Positions 27,465-32,000 of a stretch of DNA of 32,000 bases are shown in pieces (position 1 is the stretch's first letter; every line of letters begins with the position of its first letter). This stretch comes from Pseudoalteromonas tetraodonis (lineage in GTDB: Bacteria > Pseudomonadota > Gammaproteobacteria > Enterobacterales > Alteromonadaceae), in NCBI RefSeq assembly GCF_002310835.1, contig NZ_CP011041.1, forward strand, positions 3,150,001 through 3,182,000, read 5' to 3'. The notes under the pieces were generated by a model that had not been told where the DNA came from, did no database searches, and saw only the letters and a program-made list of their open reading frames with translations. A program made the translations under genes and the position numbers.

Positions 27465-27573
27465 TTTTTAAGCTTTTCCTTATCAACTCAATCCATAACA
27501 AAAGCTTAGACCGAGATAATGAAAACGCCATAAAAACGACTAAAAAATAACTAATTAATTAAAAACCGTTAAT

Positions 27574-27605
27574 AAAAAACGCGAAAAGGGGCATAAAGCC
27601 CCTTT
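27574..27605 (-). terminator. Terminator of the cytochrome oxidase biogenesis operon, separating it from the che operon
   Basis: 8-bp stem aaaggggc (27585-27592) / gccccttt (27598-27605) with a 5-nt loop. On the minus strand it is followed by tcgcgtttttt. Lies 23 nt downstream of the SCO1 stop. Confidence 0.55.
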
Positions 27606-27627
27606 AAAATCGTAAAACCTTTAAAAG

Positions 27628-28245
27628 CTAGTTTTTGTAGTATTCGGCTATTTCAATAAATTCTGCGGTTAATTTTGTAGTATTAACCAAAGGCACATCA
27701 CCTTGTTTAAATTCAGGCTTAAAAATAGCTCTTAGTGCGCCACTGCCATCAACAAGGGCAACAGATGCACTATGATCCACTGCATAGTCGGATTCATTAC
27801 TATCACTAATTGCGTAAATTAATCCAAGCTCGCGGACAAATGGAAATAAGTCTTTATGTTCACCTGATACAGCTAAAAAATCTGGATTAAAGTAATCTAT
27901 GTACTCTTTACGTTTTTGAGCAATATCACGTTTAGGATCAACAGATATAAACCATACTTGTAGTGGATACTCAGCCTGCAAATTTTTATAGGCATTGTTG
28001 AGCTTAGCTAGCGTCATCGGGCAAATATCAGGGCAACTTGTGTAACCTAAAAACACTAAATTCCATTGGCCTAAAAACTGCTGTTTGGTTACTAACTTCC
28101 CTTGTTGATCACTCAACGAAAAGTCAGATAACGGTTTTGCGGTTTCATAAACTAACGCATCAAGATCTTGTAAATTTTTTTTATCACTACAGGCCGATAA
28201 AAAGAGTACTGAAAAAACAACTAAACCACACCATAACTGCTTCAT
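27628..28245 (-). CDS. SCO1/SenC copper chaperone lipoprotein
   Basis: The ORF opens at 28257. ATG 28245 forms an ATGA overlap with the cyoE stop and gives MKQLWCGLVVFSVLFLSAC (lipobox LSAC). Thioredoxin-fold Cu motif YTSCPDICP and downstream DHS are present. Confidence 0.85.
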   Translation of the reverse strand: MKQLWCGLVVFSVLFLSACSDKKNLQDLDALVYETAKPLSDFSLSDQQGKLVTKQQFLGQWNLVFLGYTSCPDICPMTLAKLNNAYKNLQAEYPLQVWFISVDPKRDIAQKRKEYIDYFNPDFLAVSGEHKDLFPFVRELGLIYAISDSNESDYAVDHSASVALVDGSGALRAIFKPEFKQGDVPLVNTTKLTAEFIEIAEYYKN

Positions 28246-29177
28246 ATAACTAGCCATTTATCTATAAATAAGATGATAAATAGTATCATCAAATGAATAA
28301 TCGAAAAACGAAATAAATCCATCGCAGTGTCTTCTTTGGCGGCAAACTTTAAGTTAATTGCTTTGTATATAAATACAATATTGAGAAGACATGCCCCGCT
28401 TAGATAAATAAGCCCTGACATGCCAATCAAATAAGGAAACACACATACAATGGCGAGTAATACCGAATATGCAAGCACGCATGTTTTACAAAAATCGATA
28501 CCATGGGTGACCGGTAACATGGGGATTTTAGCCCGCTCATAATCACTTTTACGCGCGATGGCGAGCGCCCAAAAATGAGGTGGGGTCCAGGTAAATATAA
28601 TCATCACCAGCAACCAAGGGGCTGCCGCCATTTGATTTGTTTCAGACACCCAACCGAGTAATGGAGGCATTGCACCGGCTAATCCCCCTATAACTATATT
28701 TTGTGGTGTGGCACGTTTTAAAAATGACGTATAAATAAACGCATAACCAACAAGTGCAAATAAGGTCAGTATGGCTGTGAGCGTATTTGCCCACAACATC
28801 AGCATAATAAAGCCCGCAACGCCAATCACAGCAGCAAAGCTCAGTGCATGTAATTTACTTAAACGCCCTTTAGCAACAGGGCGATGGCGGGTGCGTGCCA
28901 TTTTGCTATCAATTTCGCTATCAACCACATGATTGATGACTGCGGCGGCCGCAGAGAGTAATCCAATCCCTAATAAACTGATGAACTGAACCCCAACACC
29001 TCTGCCAACATCAGGGGCTAGTGCTAAGCCAACCCATGCTGTTAACACTAGCATAGCCACTACTTTAAATTTACTTATTGCCAAATAATCTTGGATTAAG
29101 TGGTAACTTTTAGTCAATAACGATGCGCTGTAAACGGGCTGCATTGCTTTTTTATTAATTGTAAGTGCCATAATCAT
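28242..29177 (-). CDS. cyoE: Protoheme IX farnesyltransferase (heme O synthase)
   Basis: 311 aa polytopic UbiA-family protein with NHVVDSEIDSKM.RT..RP, TPQNIVIGG.AGA.PPL.GW and WTPPHFWALA. Confidence 0.9.
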   Translation of the reverse strand: MIMALTINKKAMQPVYSASLLTKSYHLIQDYLAISKFKVVAMLVLTAWVGLALAPDVGRGVGVQFISLLGIGLLSAAAAVINHVVDSEIDSKMARTRHRPVAKGRLSKLHALSFAAVIGVAGFIMLMLWANTLTAILTLFALVGYAFIYTSFLKRATPQNIVIGGLAGAMPPLLGWVSETNQMAAAPWLLVMIIFTWTPPHFWALAIARKSDYERAKIPMLPVTHGIDFCKTCVLAYSVLLAIVCVFPYLIGMSGLIYLSGACLLNIVFIYKAINLKFAAKEDTAMDLFRFSIIHLMILFIILFIDKWLVI

Positions 29178-29184
29178 TCCCCCT

Positions 29185-30174
29185 CTAAGTACGTACTTTT
29201 AGGTAATAACATAACCTAACCATAGTTAATAACAGTATGGCAGCCATTAAGTTATGCGCCAGTGCCACGCCTAACGGAAAATGAAAATGCACCACGGCTA
29301 ACCCTAAAGCTATCTGGCAGAATAACGCCACTAACACACTCACCGTACAGCTTTTAATTTTTTGCGAATAGGCATGACTGTATATACGCCACATCACCAA
29401 GGCTAAAACAATGCAAGTAACTAAGGCCCATATTCGATGCAGTAAATGAATAGACATACGCGCCTGTTGCGACAACACACCAAATTCATAATTACTGTGC
29501 TCAAGGGGGAGCTGAAAGACACTACTGAATGAAAAAGGCTGAGCGTAACTACACAGCGGTAAGCCATTACAATGTGGAGCCGCATAATTAGCCGCTAACC
29601 AACCACCAAGGGCGATTTGTAAAATCAGTACCGTTAATGCCACGAGGCTTAATTTAAAGTGAGGTTTTGCGCTCGCATCACCACCCGTAATAGGTTGGCT
29701 GGTCAGACGCAAATACAATAGCGTTAATAACGCTAAAATACTAAATCCTCCGAGCAAATGCCCCATAACTATAAGCGGCTGTAGGTTCATAGTAACCGTC
29801 CACATACCTAATGCGGCCTGAAAAATAACAAGCAGCAGCAATATCATAGGCAACCTTACAGGCGTGGTTGGGTACTGACGCTTTAGAAAAGCTAAAATAA
29901 ACAACACTAAAATTAATACCCCAAGCGTGCCTGCAAAGTAGCGATGGATCATTTCTTTCCATGCTTTTGCTTTTTCAAATATCATATCGGGATAACTTTG
30001 AATCGCTTGTGCAATCTCTGCTTCGTGTTTAGGCACGGTTAAAAAGCCATAACAACCAGGCCAATCGGGACAACCAAGCCCTGCGTCACTTAAACGCGTG
30101 TATGCGCCCAGAGCCACCACAATTAATGCGAATAAACTCGTTGCTAATACCAAATTTTTATAGTTTTTATACAT
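29185..30174 (-). CDS. ctaA: Heme A synthase (COX15/CtaA)
   Basis: 329 aa polytopic protein with GAYTRLSDAGLGCPDWPGCYG and HR at both repeat halves (IHRYFAG, LLHRIWAL). Confidence 0.85.
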   Translation of the reverse strand: MYKNYKNLVLATSLFALIVVALGAYTRLSDAGLGCPDWPGCYGFLTVPKHEAEIAQAIQSYPDMIFEKAKAWKEMIHRYFAGTLGVLILVLFILAFLKRQYPTTPVRLPMILLLLVIFQAALGMWTVTMNLQPLIVMGHLLGGFSILALLTLLYLRLTSQPITGGDASAKPHFKLSLVALTVLILQIALGGWLAANYAAPHCNGLPLCSYAQPFSFSSVFQLPLEHSNYEFGVLSQQARMSIHLLHRIWALVTCIVLALVMWRIYSHAYSQKIKSCTVSVLVALFCQIALGLAVVHFHFPLGVALAHNLMAAILLLTMVRLCYYLKVRT

Positions 30175-30186
30175 AGCATCCTCTAC

Positions 30187-30681
30187 TTAGCTCGAACGAG
30201 AGTAATTGAGTAATTTTTTTAGATCTTTTAATAACCCTTTTTGGATCAAACGGTTTTCTTGTGGTTGAGAACTAAATGGATACTCCAGTACAATTAGCCC
30301 CATATGATCGATTAAATACAAACTGGCAGGTTTTAACTGCTGTTGCTCATCAATAACATGCCAACGCGTTGTAACTAGCTCAGGCTGTCCCATAATAGCC
30401 ATATCAACTTTGTGTTGGTTTTTGCCAAGGGCAACATATAAATTGTCTAAAGCGGCTAATTGCTCTGTGCAAGACGCTTTGCATTGTGCTGAATAATTTA
30501 AAGCGATGGTCCATTGCTTAGGATTATGCTGCGCCCAATTGTCTAGCTTAATTTCACGCTCTAAAAATTCACCATGGTTAGTAATTGCTGTAGGTAGCCA
30601 ATCAAGTTTTAACGCGCTGTAAGCCAGCACTAAGGGAATAGCGCAGCACACAGCAAAGAGTAACAGGGGTTTATTTTTCAT
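30187..30681 (-). CDS. Membrane-anchored hypothetical protein with an SCO-like CxxxC motif, in the cox biogenesis cluster
   Basis: 164 aa with one N-terminal TM helix. YSAQCKASCTEQLAAL parallels the SCO1 motif YTSCPDICPMTLAKL of the neighbouring gene, and LIDHMGLIVL parallels VDHSASVALV. Overlaps the SURF1 stop by 11 nt. Confidence 0.55.
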   Translation of the reverse strand: MKNKPLLLFAVCCAIPLVLAYSALKLDWLPTAITNHGEFLEREIKLDNWAQHNPKQWTIALNYSAQCKASCTEQLAALDNLYVALGKNQHKVDMAIMGQPELVTTRWHVIDEQQQLKPASLYLIDHMGLIVLEYPFSSQPQENRLIQKGLLKDLKKLLNYSRSS

Positions 30682-31411
30682 TATCTATCCTCTTCCTGCT
30701 TGCAAAAATAGCGACCACCACACAGGCAACCGCAATTAAAAACCACTGTACTGAGTAGGCATAATGTTTTTCTGGACTCATAACAACGGCTTCATAATGA
30801 GGGGCAGCAATTTCATCAGCTTGACCTTGGCGGTAAGCCATAAAATTCACTAAAGGGCGATTAGATTGGCTACTCAATGCTTGTAAATCAATGATTTGAA
30901 TTCGTTTGGCTAAATCCGACTGAGTATTGTTATTGGCTAAGGTAAAGCCACTTAAATTATCTTCTTTAATTTGTGCCGTTAACGTAAATTTACCACTAGG
31001 TATTGTTACGTTTGGTAGGATTTCTCTTGAACGTTCTGCTTTTACCCAGCCTAAGTTCACTAACAAAAAGCGTGATTCATCAGACAGTTTTAATAATGCC
31101 AGTAAGTCGTAACCAACCTGACCATTATAGATTTGATTATCAAGCAACCAATAATTATTAGTGTCAAAATAACCATTTAACGAAACCAATACACCGGTTT
31201 TGTTCCACTCTTTTGGCAGCTGTTGTAACTCTGCCCAGCTCATTACGCCATGTTGTTGTATATTTTCAATGGCACTAAGCTGCTGTTGCTTTTGTTCTGC
31301 TCGCTGTAATTGCCAAAACCCTAGTCGCACACAAACCAATACCACAATAACAACCAAGCAAATTGTTATTATTGAGCTAAGCTTTTGTTTGTTAAATACA
31401 ACTAACTGCAT
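30671..31411 (-). CDS. SURF1 family cytochrome oxidase assembly protein
   Basis: 246 aa with TM helices at both ends, RLGFWQL.RAE.K near the N-terminus and HYAYSVQWF near the C-terminus. Confidence 0.85.
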   Translation of the reverse strand: MQLVVFNKQKLSSIITICLVVIVVLVCVRLGFWQLQRAEQKQQQLSAIENIQQHGVMSWAELQQLPKEWNKTGVLVSLNGYFDTNNYWLLDNQIYNGQVGYDLLALLKLSDESRFLLVNLGWVKAERSREILPNVTIPSGKFTLTAQIKEDNLSGFTLANNNTQSDLAKRIQIIDLQALSSQSNRPLVNFMAYRQGQADEIAAPHYEAVVMSPEKHYAYSVQWFLIAVACVVVAIFASRKRIDNEK

Positions 31412-31425
31412 AAGGGTATAATCCA

Positions 31426-31734
31426 GTGATTATTAAAATTATTATTGTTCTACTGTTATTATTTATATTATTTAATTTATTTCGTGCTTTATTAATTATG
31501 GTGTCAGGGAAAACCAATGGACGCCCTATGTCTCACTTTTTAGGGCGTCGGGTGTTATTTTCTGTTGTGGTATTAGTGATGGTGATTGCCGCACTAAAAC
31601 TTGGTTTTATTAAGGCAAATCAGTCTCCCTTAATCACTAAAGCACATACACAAATACAAACAAACACAGCCAAACAACATCAACAAAATGCCAGTACCAA
31701 GCTGCAGCTTGAAAGGCAAAGTGCTTATCTTTAG
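31426..31734 (+). CDS. Twin-transmembrane-helix small protein (DUF2909-like), antisense to the cox operon
   Basis: GTG start with aaggg 9 nt upstream. VIIKIIIVLLLLFILFNLFRALLIM.....RPMSHFLGRRVLFSVVVLVMVIAALKLGFI has the two-helix layout I associate with DUF2909 proteins of cox clusters. The hydrophilic tail runs 98 nt into the coxC 3-prime end. Confidence 0.5.
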   Translation: MIIKIIIVLLLLFILFNLFRALLIMVSGKTNGRPMSHFLGRRVLFSVVVLVMVIAALKLGFIKANQSPLITKAHTQIQTNTAKQHQQNASTKLQLERQSAYL

Positions 31735-32000
31735 TGAAATGTCCTTTCATAATGCGTAAAAACACCACCAATAAAATAATTGTTCCTAAGGTGACGTGCA
31801 TGCCGTGAAAGCCGGTTAACAAAAAGAAGGTATTGCCATAAATGCCCGCATCAAGGGTTAAGTTAAGATCGTTATAAGCATATATATACTCTTCTACCTG
31901 CAGCCCTAAAAAGCACACTCCGAGTAAAATGGTCGCTCCCAAGCATACTTTGAGTGGGGTACGTTTATTATTTTCCATCGCCACATGGGCAAAATGTAAA
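31637..32000 (-). CDS. coxC: Cytochrome c oxidase subunit III, C-terminal part; 5-prime end beyond the window
   Basis: FFLLTGFHGMHVTLGTIILLV and AAAWYWHFVDVVWL are hallmark subunit III motifs. The frame stays open upstream of the listed GTG to the window edge (..LHFAHVAMENN..). Confidence 0.9.
   Translation of the reverse strand, partial: LHFAHVAMENNKRTPLKVCLGATILLGVCFLGLQVEEYIYAYNDLNLTLDAGIYGNTFFLLTGFHGMHVTLGTIILLVVFLRIMKGHFTKDKHFAFQAAAWYWHFVDVVWLCLFVFVYVL

Noticed and set aside
27516-27530. TGGCGTTTTCATTAT on the minus strand upstream of the che operon, considered as a sigma-54 promoter
   Set aside because: The -24 TGGC is present, but the -12 element reads TTAT instead of TTGC. No enhancer-binding protein gene is nearby. 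I could not identify a convincing sigma-70, sigma-28 or RpoS promoter by eye either.
1-32000. Search by eye for CRISPR repeats, IS or transposase genes, integrases, tRNA/rRNA genes, long direct or inverted repeats, toxin-antitoxin pairs and defense genes
   Set aside because: None found. The intergenic regions are short and contain only hairpin terminators. Composition appears uniform across the window, so there is no evidence for a recent mobile or genomic island.

Overview
No tools were run. All calls come from reading the supplied ORF translations and the raw sequence, then matching motifs from memory.

The window looks like ordinary chromosome of a marine gammaproteobacterium. Gene content, gene order and low GC suggest Alteromonadales, possibly Pseudoalteromonas-like, but that is inference. 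I saw no rRNA, tRNA, CRISPR array, transposase or integrase.

Layout:
- 1..3960: divergent speA/speE polyamine genes and a stand-alone secreted GH97 alpha-glucosidase.
- 4002..16344: the conserved backbone envZ-ompR / greB / tex / bioH / comF / nfuA, in the same order as in E. coli.
- 16358..18971: a small membrane protein, a DinF-type MATE pump and a secreted NodB-type deacetylase.
- 18975..27464: an eight-gene accessory chemosensory operon.
- 27628..32000: a cytochrome c oxidase biogenesis cluster (partial coxC, antisense DUF2909-like ORF, SURF1, SCO-like ORF, heme A synthase, heme O synthase, SCO1).

The backbone is interrupted at three points by genes E. coli does not have at those positions:
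- a small secreted ORF plus a CBS-pair protein;
- a two-gene operon encoding a mini protein with a flagellar-rod-like C-terminus and an acidic HExxH SprA-related protein;
- a large secreted M14 peptidase.

The chemosensory operon is STAS-cheY-cheA-cheW-MCP-cheR-cheD-cheB. Its receptor is soluble, has four PAS domains and ends in EWEEF.

The best candidates for uncharacterised biology are the rod-like/SprA-related pair and the STAS-headed Che2/F7-type pathway. I found no clear-cut new system such as a defense island or a mobile element, and most of the window is housekeeping.
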